Assembly: GCA_044352465.1 (NCBI GenBank)
Contig: JBILDU010000022.1
Span: 1-35,328 of the forward strand
Direction: 5' to 3'
From: Bdellovibrionota bacterium
Lineage (GTDB): Bacteria; Bdellovibrionota_C; UBA2361
DNA: 35,328 nucleotides
How positions within the stretch are numbered: the first letter of the stretch is position 1; each line of letters begins with the position of its first letter. The notes under the pieces were generated by a model. The model saw nothing but the letters and a program-made list of their open reading frames with translations, was not told the origin of the DNA and made no database searches. Made by a program: the position numbers and the translations under genes. Below, piece by piece: positions 26,624 through 35,328 of this stretch.

Positions 26624-27004
26624 TCAGTGCGAACCCCGCGAGACGTGCGGACGGTGGAAGCTCTGCCCCTCACCCAACACCCTCGCCGACTGCCGCTGAC
26701 GGGCCGACATGAAGGCCTGGCGCTCCAGCGAGACGGCCACCGCGAGGGGGTCACGGATGTCGGTGATCGGCACGACGACGGTACGAGCGCATCCGAACGG
26801 ACGACCCGAACCCTCATCACACCGCACGAACCGGAGCGAGGCCTTGGGCGCGCGACGACCGAAGACCATCAACGACGCCGTGAAGAACCGCCCGATGCGA
26901 CCGCGCGCGGTGTGTTCGCCCTCGAGACACTGAACGAGCATCGCAGCGATCGCCCGTCCTTCCTCCGAGAGACTCCTCATCGACCGAGACCATTTGTTCC
27001 GCAT
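26624..27004 (-). CDS. Arg-rich hypothetical protein (126 aa)
   Basis: ATG 27004 preceded by GGAG; GC-rich third positions; has its own promoter-like and terminator-like elements. Confidence 0.5.
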   Translation of the reverse strand: MRNKWSRSMRSLSEEGRAIAAMLVQCLEGEHTARGRIGRFFTASLMVFGRRAPKASLRFVRCDEGSGRPFGCARTVVVPITDIRDPLAVAVSLERQAFMSARQRQSARVLGEGQSFHRPHVSRGSH

Positions 27005-27217
27005 AGGAACTCCATCTGCATCGCTGCACCGCATGGGTGTGCAGCTTGACTCTGAACCAGGACAACCTGAATGAACTCTACACGAGCTCGGCGCCTGGGA
27101 GCTCGCCCGAGAAAACGCGCTACCAGACACCGAAACACGAATATGAACGTGGAACTACCCGAAACGACGATGGAGAAAGTTCGCCGCGCCCTTGATCAGA
27201 GCGGGATTAACCCCACA

Positions 27218-27226
27218 ATTATAACA
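27218..27226 (-). promoter_or_regulatory. Extended -10 promoter element
   Basis: Minus strand TGTTATAAT, a perfect TGnTATAAT match in a GC-rich context. Confidence 0.6.
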
Positions 27227-27264
27227 CCGGGAGGTGCCGGTTCATAGGGTAAAGATATCGTTTT

Positions 27265-28827
27265 CTAAAGCTCGCGACCTCCATCGAGGGCGAGCGCTCG
27301 GCGCGCGCTCTCAAACATAAAGGTAAAGGCGGCGGCACTCATCGGTAACGGGGTGTTTTCATTCGGACGCCACCTCTGAAGTGCGGTGTCGTACCAATAT
27401 GCCTCAGGAATAACCCCGGGTGGCACCGTCACCACCGTGCCATCCCGCTTGCTGAACACATCGACATCTTTGGTAATTTGACTGAGCGCCCGTTTCATAT
27501 GGCGGTCGGCGAGAGCCAACGCCGGAGTATCTAACCCGCCGGACGAATTGAATCTCTCATAGAAAAAGGCGGCCATCAGCGGATCAAAAAGGGTCCACTG
27601 AGCGGCCCGGTAGTCGGGCTGTCCCAAATCAGCCATGACCCCCGAGTAGCGGATATAGTTCATACCCACATAATCGTCGTCATCTCGACGGGTAAAGCCG
27701 ACGTCGCCCATTCGATCCCGATAGAGCGCGCGAACGATAGCATCTTCCTGGGCACGATTAAGTCCTGGGTTAAACGGGTGCAGGAGGAAGGCCAGCGATG
27801 AATCGGAGAGGAACCGGTCGTTCTCAACCGCAAACCCACCGTTCGGCTCGATCCGCGAATAGAGCGCGGTGGTGCCCTCGGCGATAGCTTCATCGAGCTC
27901 GTGTCGCAACGATCCTGCGCCCGCAGGATACCCCTTATTCCAATCACCGTAGCCCTGCTGATCGAAAAAGGTTCGCGCCTCCCGAAACGCCGCGAGGCAG
28001 CTCCCGATGCTGGTAGCTCGGCGCGGGAGGTTGCAATCCTCCCACGGCCCCGTGTCGTGCTGATCGTAAAAACGCACCCGGTTGAGAAACTTAAGCGCAA
28101 CGCAGAATATAGAATCGTATTCGTTATCTCCGTTAATCCTTCCGGTCAGCTCTCGATCGAGCTTCCCCAAGTCCAGCCGCTGCTCATTTGCACAACGAAA
28201 AGTCGCAAAGAGCCACATCCCGATAGCGTCGAGCTGATTGTGGGCCCACGGATACTCGTACCGAACCATTCGACGGGTCGTGGCATCGATGAGTCCTTTA
28301 ATATGGGGATGGTTCGAGCTATCCGGGCTGCGGTAGAGATCGCTCGCTTCGTGGTGGTAGTGGAAACGAAGGAATTTATTTCGTTCTTCCGGACGATTGT
28401 AAAAAGTTGCCAGATGGGCGAGCGCATCGAGCCCCTCAATGAGACGGCCCGAACGGACCATCGCGTACGCACAGATCGCCGCATCGCGGGTCCAGGCATG
28501 GGTGGCATAGTGCGAAGCCGGATTGGTCGAAGCAGGGATTGTTCCGGTACCGTAGACCCGTATCAGAAGCTCAACTTGCGGCAAGATACGGTGGATGTCG
28601 TCAACACTGAGGATATCGGGGCGATCAAGGAATTCGCGCAAATGGTGGTTCCGGGCGAGCTCAGCCGCCGGTCGAACCCGTTCAGGCGACCACTCGGAGA
28701 GCTCAATGACCGCAGACTTCTCACCCGCAAAACGAGCCGCGGCCGGCAGGCCGCCTTGCGAAAGCAAAGCTTTCGCAGTGTCTACATCACGAACCTCCGT
28801 GCCGTCAGCGATGCGAACCATATACAT
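27265..28827 (-). CDS. GH15 glucoamylase-like / phosphorylase-kinase alpha-beta-like (alpha/alpha)6 protein
   Basis: AWTRD, HNQLDAIG, DTGPWED, AQWTLFD, IPEAY, PNENTPL. Confidence 0.75.
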   Translation of the reverse strand: MYMVRIADGTEVRDVDTAKALLSQGGLPAAARFAGEKSAVIELSEWSPERVRPAAELARNHHLREFLDRPDILSVDDIHRILPQVELLIRVYGTGTIPASTNPASHYATHAWTRDAAICAYAMVRSGRLIEGLDALAHLATFYNRPEERNKFLRFHYHHEASDLYRSPDSSNHPHIKGLIDATTRRMVRYEYPWAHNQLDAIGMWLFATFRCANEQRLDLGKLDRELTGRINGDNEYDSIFCVALKFLNRVRFYDQHDTGPWEDCNLPRRATSIGSCLAAFREARTFFDQQGYGDWNKGYPAGAGSLRHELDEAIAEGTTALYSRIEPNGGFAVENDRFLSDSSLAFLLHPFNPGLNRAQEDAIVRALYRDRMGDVGFTRRDDDDYVGMNYIRYSGVMADLGQPDYRAAQWTLFDPLMAAFFYERFNSSGGLDTPALALADRHMKRALSQITKDVDVFSKRDGTVVTVPPGVIPEAYWYDTALQRWRPNENTPLPMSAAAFTFMFESARRALALDGGREL

Positions 28828-29039
28828 CTACTCTCGGAAGATACTCTTTTTTTCCTAAGAGGCTCTTACTTTGGCAGACCAAAGCGTTTAATCACAGGGG
28901 TTAAATGCGCGGCGGGGACCTAACGCTGCCGGGCTTACAGGGGCCTTACCTCCTGAAAAACACCAACATTCTCGCGGAGTATTTCCGAATAGGCATTCGG
29001 ACGGCGAGGAGATTCTATGAGAATCCCCCTTATTGGTGG

Positions 29040-30248
29040 CTACGGCACCGCAGCAACAAAGACATCCCCGCGGTGCACATCGAGGTGATAGTTTCGGGCG
29101 AAGGCAGGAATCGCGCCGACCTCGCCGCCACGAAGCAGTTGCTCCCCCAGTGCGGTGCGTACGCGCACCTCCCCCTCAAGGACAACGATCACCGCGAGGG
29201 AAGGCGGTCGAGAGAATTCGAACGTCGCACCGTCTGCCTGACACCGCTCAAGGGAGAATTCAGCAACGGGAGCGAAACGGACCCTGCCCGGCTCGACCGA
29301 GTGCTCGTGAGGTTTAAGTATCGTAGGGGAACCCGTCGTCTCGTCAAGCATTGCAATAAGGGTCTCTCGATCTTGAAACTTCCGGGTCAGCCCCGCTCGC
29401 ACCACGTTATCGGAGTTCGCCATACACTCGATCAGATCCCCGCTCAAGTACGCGTGGGGAAAGTGAGGCCCCATAAACACCCCTTCACCGGGCGCAAGGG
29501 TCACTAAGTTTAAGAGGAAGAATCCGCACAGCCCTCGATCGAGAGGGCCATATTCAGCAACCATGCGGAGAAAATATCGCTCCGCTACCGAACACCCCTC
29601 CCCCTTCTCCGTAAGGCGACGCTGGAGCTGCGTGATCGCTTCGCCATGGTTCTGGTCGGACGCCTCCAAAACCGCTTGGTAAGCTGCACGGGTATGGCGA
29701 TGCCCGGCCCCAATGAGCGCAGCGAGCTCGGGATATTCAGCGAGCCGCTCACCGAGCGCCGATTGGGGGAGCAACCCGCCCAGCATCTCCACCGTTGTCA
29801 ACGCAACTCCGATCTCCGGCTTATGAAACGGGTCGGGATAATTGACCGGATCGCGGCTATGGAGCGCTGCGGCAAGCGTGCTGTCGGGATGGGCCTGGAT
29901 CGAGAGGGGCGCGCCGATGGAGAGAACCTTGAACAAAAAAGGGAGCATCCCACCCCATCGTTGCGCCACCGTTGGGCCGAGGATCTCGGCGGGTGCCAGC
30001 GCAACCGCTGCGGCAAGAGAGAGTGCTCCTTCCGAGGAGACGAGCTCAGCCGACGCTTTCGGATGAGCGCCCATCCAGAGCTCAGCACACGGCTCACCCC
30101 CTCCGCTTAATCCCCCCAAGCGCGCGACGAGCGACACTTCAGCGGGGCGTCCCCACGGATAACGCTGCACCGGACACCGCAGACGCCCCACCCCACCGGG
30201 AAAGAATCGCTGCAGGCCGGTATGTTCGACCGCTGACTTTTCAGACAT
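29040..30248 (-). CDS. manA: Mannose-6-phosphate isomerase, class I
   Basis: QRYPWG, AELWMGAHP, LPFLFKVLS, PLSIQAHP, YPDPFHKPE, PHAYLSG, ECMANSDNVVRAGLT. Confidence 0.96.
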   Translation of the reverse strand: MSEKSAVEHTGLQRFFPGGVGRLRCPVQRYPWGRPAEVSLVARLGGLSGGGEPCAELWMGAHPKASAELVSSEGALSLAAAVALAPAEILGPTVAQRWGGMLPFLFKVLSIGAPLSIQAHPDSTLAAALHSRDPVNYPDPFHKPEIGVALTTVEMLGGLLPQSALGERLAEYPELAALIGAGHRHTRAAYQAVLEASDQNHGEAITQLQRRLTEKGEGCSVAERYFLRMVAEYGPLDRGLCGFFLLNLVTLAPGEGVFMGPHFPHAYLSGDLIECMANSDNVVRAGLTRKFQDRETLIAMLDETTGSPTILKPHEHSVEPGRVRFAPVAEFSLERCQADGATFEFSRPPSLAVIVVLEGEVRVRTALGEQLLRGGEVGAIPAFARNYHLDVHRGDVFVAAVP

Positions 30249-30271
30249 AGAAATTTAACTCTCCTCCTGTC

Positions 30272-30301
30272 ATTACACACCGATCTATGAACCTCTTTCA
30301 A
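30272..30301 (-). promoter_or_regulatory. Sigma-70-like promoter for manA
   Basis: Minus strand TTGAAA-N18-TGTAAT, followed by AGGAGG. Confidence 0.45.
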
Positions 30302-30384
30302 GCGCTGCTGTAGAGCGCGGCGGCCCCCCTTCGGCGCACCGTATTTCATGGCGCGCAGGGAGCGGATATGCAAAAATAATCGCT

Positions 30385-31773
30385 ATGTTTGCCGGCCTCC
30401 CGATTAACGACCACACCAAACACGCCACATTTCTCGCCTCTCCGCGCAAACACATTGTGATGATTTCGAGCCACGGGATCCACCAATGGGAGGTCATCCC
30501 AGGACTCCCCGACACCGGGGGGCAGAATGTTTTCATCAACCAGTTTAGCGCTGCCCTGGTTGACGTTGGCTTTAAAGTGACGATCGCCAATCGCGGGGGT
30601 TACAAACACCCGCAAACCGGCGAGTTGCACACCGGGCTGCGCTATCGCGACGAGAACGAGCGGATTCTCTACCTGGAGGATGGCGACGACATCTTCATAC
30701 GCAAGGAGGAGATGAAGTCGCGACTCCCCGCTCTCACCGCGTTTCTCCGCCGATTTCTCGACGCCGAGCAGAGCCCCGTCGCGCTGATGATCACCCACTA
30801 TTGGGACGCGGGCCGAATCGGGATGCTGCTCAACAAGGACCTCCCTCGCCCCATCCCACACATCTGGGTGCCGCACTCGCTCGGCTCACTGAAGAAACGG
30901 AGCGTGTCCCCCACTGAAGCCCAACGTCTGCACCTTGAGGAGCGGATCGATCTCGAGAAAGCGCTCATTCGCGAGGTCAACGGCGTGGCGGCGACCTCTG
31001 TTGCGATAAGAGTCGCGTTACAGCAGGACTACGGATACGTCACCTCGCTCCTCCTGCCACCGTGTATTGAAAAAGAGCGTTTTCATCCGCGCGAGATTCG
31101 GGCCGACGACCCGATCTGGGAATTTCTGAGTGCCCACTCAGAGGCTCCAGCCGAGCGGATCCGCACCGCCAAGATCGTGACCGAGATCAGTCGAACCGAT
31201 CGCACCAAGCAAAAGCACCTCCTGCTCCATGCATTTGCAGCGGTTCATCGACGCGATCCGAAGACATTCCTCATCATCACGATCGATGATTCAGAGGAGG
31301 TTTTGAGCACCGAGCTCCGGGGACTCATCAAGTCCCTCGGCATCGCGGATTCCGTTGCCATCCTCGGATCCGTGGCCGAGCAACTCCCCCACATCTACGC
31401 AGTCACCGCGGCCTACTGCACCCCCTCGCTACTCGAGGATTTCGGGATATCGGTACAAGAGGCTGCGGCGACCGGCGTACCGGCGGTCACGAGTGCTCAG
31501 GTACCTTACGCAGTCGAATATCTCCTCACTAACGCGGTAGACGAAAACCCCTCCCCGGGGGATCCCGCCAAACTTATCAAAACCGGCGCCGGAGCGATCG
31601 TCGTGGAGCCGGACGATCTTCCCGGCCTTACCCACGCACTCCTCACCCTTCTGTCAGACGATTCATTGCGAAAAAAAATGGGCGATCGAGCCCTCCGCAT
31701 CACCATCCCGTACTTCACCTGGAATCGAATGGTACGACTTTTTTTCGACCGCTTTGGAATGCCTCTCGAATGA
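30385..31773 (+). CDS. GT4 glycosyltransferase, sucrose-phosphate-synthase / mannosylfructose-phosphate-synthase-like (transferase domain only)
   Basis: ISSHG, PDTGGQ, HYWDAG, HSLGSLK, SRTDRTK, EDFGISVQEAAATGVP, FTW. Confidence 0.82.
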   Translation: MFAGLPINDHTKHATFLASPRKHIVMISSHGIHQWEVIPGLPDTGGQNVFINQFSAALVDVGFKVTIANRGGYKHPQTGELHTGLRYRDENERILYLEDGDDIFIRKEEMKSRLPALTAFLRRFLDAEQSPVALMITHYWDAGRIGMLLNKDLPRPIPHIWVPHSLGSLKKRSVSPTEAQRLHLEERIDLEKALIREVNGVAATSVAIRVALQQDYGYVTSLLLPPCIEKERFHPREIRADDPIWEFLSAHSEAPAERIRTAKIVTEISRTDRTKQKHLLLHAFAAVHRRDPKTFLIITIDDSEEVLSTELRGLIKSLGIADSVAILGSVAEQLPHIYAVTAAYCTPSLLEDFGISVQEAAATGVPAVTSAQVPYAVEYLLTNAVDENPSPGDPAKLIKTGAGAIVVEPDDLPGLTHALLTLLSDDSLRKKMGDRALRITIPYFTWNRMVRLFFDRFGMPLE

Positions 31774-31958
31774 GGGGGCGGTTAATATTTGAGTCCTCTA
31801 CTCAACGATTCGCCCGCAAAATCGAGCTTTTTCGTGGGGCTTATCCAACATCAACGCCACGACTCTACCAGCTGGCGAAAGATTTTCGGTTAGATCCCTA
31901 GCCTCACATCAGGTTATCGCGTATTTTTACGGTGGACTTTGCCTAAAGTTTTGGAATC

Positions 31959-33062
31959 ATGACTACTGCTGCGAACGCTTCCCCCCTGACGACCTGCGAG
32001 AATCCGGTAAGCTCGGGCGATATTGCCCGCGATATTGCCCGGCCATCCTCGAAGGAGATCCTCGCCACAACGGCACGGTATCAGGGCTCTTCCACTTGGA
32101 TCAGTATCCGGCAGGTCCTCAACACCTTCGTCCCGTTTTTTGGGATCGCAACCCTCATGTATTTCGCCTATGAGGTGAGCCCTTGGATAACCCTACTCCT
32201 GGCGGTACCGGCGGCGCTCTTTATCGTACGTATGTTCATCATCCAACACGACTGTGGTCACGGCTCGTTTTTCAACTCCCGGACAGCCAACAACCTCGTC
32301 GGCATGGTGTGTAGCCTCTTCACCTTCATCCCGTACTATTACTGGCGCCGCCAGCACGCGATTCATCACGCTACAAACGGCCTTTTGGAACAACGGGGTC
32401 AAGGCGACGTTGACGTCCTCACCGTGAAAGAATACCTCGCTCTGCCGACGTGGCAGCGCTTTAAGTATCGGGCTATCCGCAACCCGTATGTCTTCATGAT
32501 TATCGGACCGATTTTTTTCCTCTTGGTTTCGAACCGATTCGCTTTCGATAAAAAGAAAACTACCTCGCGAGAACGAGCCAACGTACATATCACCAACGTG
32601 CTTCTCGCGCTGATGCTCATCTCCTTGGGGATGGCGATGGGTTTTGAGCAAATGGCGATTACGGTATTCCCGACCCTTTGGCTCGCTGCAGCCATGGGAA
32701 TATGGCTCTTTTACGTTCAACACCAGTTTGAGCAGACCTACTGGGAGCACACCAAGGAGTGGGACTACGTCGACGCGGCGTTAAAGGGCAGTTCCTTTTT
32801 GAAGCTCCCCCGCTGGCTTAGCTGGTTCACCGGCGATATCGGTCTACACCACATCCATCACCTCTCCCCGCTTATCCCGAACTATAAGCTCGAGGAATCG
32901 TATAACGACAACAAGGTCCTTCAAGAGGTGACGACCCTTTCCTTCTGGGACGCCGCAAAGACACTCAACCTTTGCGCCTGGGATGAGGATCAACACCGTC
33001 TGATATCGTTTCGAGAGCTCCGCGCCGCGGCCAAACGAGCAAAAAACACAGCCTCAGCGTAG
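31959..33062 (+). CDS. Membrane acyl-lipid fatty-acid desaturase (Bacillus Des / delta-12-like family)
   Basis: His boxes HDCGH, HAIHH and HHIHH; WLFYVQHQFE; IPNYKL. Confidence 0.93.
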   Translation: MTTAANASPLTTCENPVSSGDIARDIARPSSKEILATTARYQGSSTWISIRQVLNTFVPFFGIATLMYFAYEVSPWITLLLAVPAALFIVRMFIIQHDCGHGSFFNSRTANNLVGMVCSLFTFIPYYYWRRQHAIHHATNGLLEQRGQGDVDVLTVKEYLALPTWQRFKYRAIRNPYVFMIIGPIFFLLVSNRFAFDKKKTTSRERANVHITNVLLALMLISLGMAMGFEQMAITVFPTLWLAAAMGIWLFYVQHQFEQTYWEHTKEWDYVDAALKGSSFLKLPRWLSWFTGDIGLHHIHHLSPLIPNYKLEESYNDNKVLQEVTTLSFWDAAKTLNLCAWDEDQHRLISFRELRAAAKRAKNTASA

Positions 33063-33214
33063 CGAAATGTTACACACCTCCCACGAGTAGTGTACGCATA
33101 AATCGCCTAAGCCGAGGGCGTTTGGAGCTATCCCCTGCTGGGGGATGAAAGAGCTTCAGTGGCAATCAGTGGCAAGTGGCGCGAGGAACGCCCGCTTCAC
33201 CGGGGGGCAACAAC

Positions 33215-34051
33215 TCACTTCGCCGTATCTTCTTCCTTCGCGGTATCTTCGACGAACTCATCCTCGAACTCACCACCGGCCTCAGGCGCACGACCGTCGT
33301 GGATCAACCCCTGGCGAAACTGTTGATAGGCTGACTTTGTAAAGAGGTAGAAATCGAGCGAGCTTTCTTTCCCCGCCTCGACCGCCTCGAGGAGCCCCGC
33401 CCGCCTGTCGACGTACTTCACCGTTGTCGCGCTAATCGACAGTCCGGTGTCGATCGGATTCGGGGTTACGAGGAAACTGACGAAATAGAGGGGATCAAGG
33501 GCAAAATCAACGACCGTACCAACCGTATCCCGCACGTTACTCGGCCCCAAAAACGGCAAGACCATGTAGGGCCCCGTTCCGACACCGTGATATCCTAGCG
33601 CCGTACCGAAATCCTCCTGGTGATCGGGCAAGCCGACGTGTTTTGCCACATCGATGAGCCCGGCGACCCCAAAGGTCGTATTGAGGACGAAACGGCCGGT
33701 GTGCTCGAGCGCCTGGGTAAACTTCAACTGAACAAGATCACTCACGAGATAGCGCGGGTACCGGATATTACGGAAGAAGTTAAATATACCGGTCTTCAAA
33801 GGTGGAGGGGTATTGTCATCGTAAGCCCGCGCCACCGGCTCCAAGATGTTCACATCGAGCGTATCGTTGAAGTCGAAGATCGCCCGGTTAGTCGATTCCC
33901 AAGGATCAGGGACCTCATCTTGAGCAAACGCTGGGGCCGCCAAAATAGGGAGAGAAAAAAGAGGGGGAGAGAAAAGAGGAGGAGAGAAAAAAGGGAGAGC
34001 AAAAAGCACGGCCCCGCAAAGGTTGACCGAGAGCCACGGCTTTATCGTCAT
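33215..34051 (-). CDS. mlaA: MlaA/VacJ family outer-membrane phospholipid transport protein
   Basis: DPWESTNRAIFDFN, RFVLNTTFGVAGLIDVA, EDFGTALG, GPYMVLPFLGPSNVRD. Confidence 0.93.
   Translation of the reverse strand: MTIKPWLSVNLCGAVLFALPFFSPPLFSPPLFSLPILAAPAFAQDEVPDPWESTNRAIFDFNDTLDVNILEPVARAYDDNTPPPLKTGIFNFFRNIRYPRYLVSDLVQLKFTQALEHTGRFVLNTTFGVAGLIDVAKHVGLPDHQEDFGTALGYHGVGTGPYMVLPFLGPSNVRDTVGTVVDFALDPLYFVSFLVTPNPIDTGLSISATTVKYVDRRAGLLEAVEAGKESSLDFYLFTKSAYQQFRQGLIHDGRAPEAGGEFEDEFVEDTAKEEDTAK
33947..33999. repeat. Imperfect 15-nt tandem repeat (about 3.5 copies) forming a 53-nt pure-purine tract in the mlaA signal-peptide region
   Basis: AGGGAGAGAAAAAAG / AGGGGGAGAGAAAAG / AGGAGGAGAGAAAAA / AGGGAGAG, encoding LPFFSPPLFSPPLFSLP on the minus strand. 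Confidence 0.8.
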
Positions 34052-34156
34052 AACGCTTCTCTCACAGGAAATTGAGACCGGCTAACTATAGACCCATCTG
34101 AACGGGGTCAACAAGGGAAGAGATCATGGGTCATTGGGCCAATGATGACCGAACGA

Positions 34157-34891
34157 TCAGATCGACACTCCGTGGACCCGCACTCGACACCGCTCCGGAT
34201 CATAGCGAACCGCCACGGTCACGGCGGGGTGGTCGCCACAACGGAGTCGAAAATCAGGCTCACTCGGTGTCCCCAAGCACTCAAGGGCACGCAGTTCTCG
34301 GGTAACCGCTATCGGCGCAGGCACACCGTGCGTTAGATACCCCCGGATAGCAGCGTACAGGTATGACCTCGATTCAAGCCCCGACCACCGCTCCGAGCAC
34401 CCCGAAACATCTTGTAACACCTGCACCTCATGAGCGAACGCCCGCGGGGAGACGAGCACGTCGTAGCGACGGCCATAGACTCCCGGGCTCACCCTAAAGT
34501 GGTGCAGCACGACCCCGGCATCGACCGGAATCAGATAGGGTTCGAAAAGGGCGAGGCTCCGCCCATCCCGGGCACGAATGTCGACCAAAGCGTGGGTGAC
34601 GAGCCCCTCGTCTGGAACAAGGGTGGAGATCAAAGGGGAGATCGTCTGCCCGATATACTGAGCCGAAGCATTCAGGCGAAAACCGGCGAAATACCTCAGG
34701 AGCGTCGAAACCTCCTCGTGTAGCTGCCCGCGGTCAACGATCGCGGCATCTTCATCAAGCCGTAGCATCGCGGGATCGAGGAACCGACGCTCGAAAGCCC
34801 CGAGGACAGCCGCGCGCTCCCCATTCTCAGGGACACCTGCCGAGAGAAACCCTGCCCCGTAACCAGCGGGTATAGCCCGTTCTTCGAACAT
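34157..34891 (-). CDS. Hypothetical protein
   Basis: Long ORF with no recognisable motif. Start placed at ATG 34891 (MFEER) behind GAGGGAG; the ORF track extends to 34957. Confidence 0.55.
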   Translation of the reverse strand: MFEERAIPAGYGAGFLSAGVPENGERAAVLGAFERRFLDPAMLRLDEDAAIVDRGQLHEEVSTLLRYFAGFRLNASAQYIGQTISPLISTLVPDEGLVTHALVDIRARDGRSLALFEPYLIPVDAGVVLHHFRVSPGVYGRRYDVLVSPRAFAHEVQVLQDVSGCSERWSGLESRSYLYAAIRGYLTHGVPAPIAVTRELRALECLGTPSEPDFRLRCGDHPAVTVAVRYDPERCRVRVHGVSI

Positions 34892-35005
34892 CTCCCTCTT
34901 CTCCGCGAACCCCCCAGCGCTCCGACCGAAGCCCCCTGCATAGGTCAGCTTCCACAACTACCGAGCTTACCTCAGGAGAACACGGCAACTCAATCAGCGC
35001 TCCCC

Positions 35006-35326
35006 TTAGCGAAGGCGAAAATAACTTAACCCACTCAACCGCGCCCCGCATTTGTAACGGAGGGTAAACCCACCGTACGCATCAGGGGTCAGTATAACCG
35101 AATTGCTAAACGGCGCAGCTCCATCCGGATAGTTAGCACCCCGTGCACCCAATTGCTTCCACATCGACGAGGGACCGTTCGTATGACTCACCGCAACCCA
35201 GCTATCGTAAGGTGCGGCGCCGTTCTGCGCCGACTCAATCGTGCCCCATACCGTCAGGAGGTAGGTTCCCCCAGGCACGAGTCCGTAGAAGTAACGCCCC
35301 GACTCTGCAGAGCCTGGAAACGGTAC
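35006..35326 (-). CDS. C-terminal part of a hypothetical protein, truncated by the window edge
   Basis: Frame open to the window end (VPFPGSAESGRYFYGLVPGGTYLLTVWG...). G/S/aromatic-rich, beta-strand-like. Confidence 0.5.
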   Translation of the reverse strand, partial: VPFPGSAESGRYFYGLVPGGTYLLTVWGTIESAQNGAAPYDSWVAVSHTNGPSSMWKQLGARGANYPDGAAPFSNSVILTPDAYGGFTLRYKCGARLSGLSYFRLR

Positions 35327-35328
35327 TG

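Noticed and set aside
27901..28923. 340-aa plus-strand ORF
   Set aside because: It is antisense to the GH15-like gene, which carries the recognisable motifs.
32017..32041. 12-bp tandem duplication (DIAR-DIAR) in the desaturase N-terminus
   Set aside because: It is a single in-frame duplication in a variable N-terminal tail, with no sign of functional significance.
33125..33181. Hairpin and short CAGTGGCAA repeats between the convergent desaturase and mlaA genes
   Set aside because: They are too short and too few for a CRISPR or REP call, and are probably an ordinary terminator region.

Overview
Bacterial chromosomal window of moderately high GC with no rRNA, tRNA, CRISPR array or transposase that I can recognise. 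The left half holds a 5'-truncated AsmA-like gene, an alpha/beta hydrolase and a minus-strand flagellar cluster: motA, two motB-like genes, fliL-M-N-O-P-Q-R, flhB-A-F-G, a FlgV-like 2-TM gene, fliA and a receiver/histidine-kinase hybrid. Two sigma-54 promoters in this cluster each have an IHF-like site. The gene order resembles delta-proteobacterial/Bdellovibrionota clusters (inference). The right half holds lgt, a MazG-like pyrophosphatase and a eukaryote-type (GH13_8) branching enzyme. An accessory-looking stretch at about 20.1-27.3 kb contains a peptide-type ABC exporter with a uORF and structured leader, a degenerate LAGLIDADG plus multi-HTH protein, a divergent 53-aa ORF with a YxxPxL motif, an orphan OSBS/NSAR and a 126-aa orphan. 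After that come a GH15-manA / SPS-like glycosyltransferase module, a fatty-acid desaturase, MlaA and two hypotheticals. The most notable items are the non-canonical stator (one MotB lacks the ion-binding Asp and both have eroded peptidoglycan-binding motifs), an altered FliP methionine loop, and an apparently catalytically dead homing-endonuclease-derived DNA-binding protein. All family calls are by motif recognition by eye; no database search was run.
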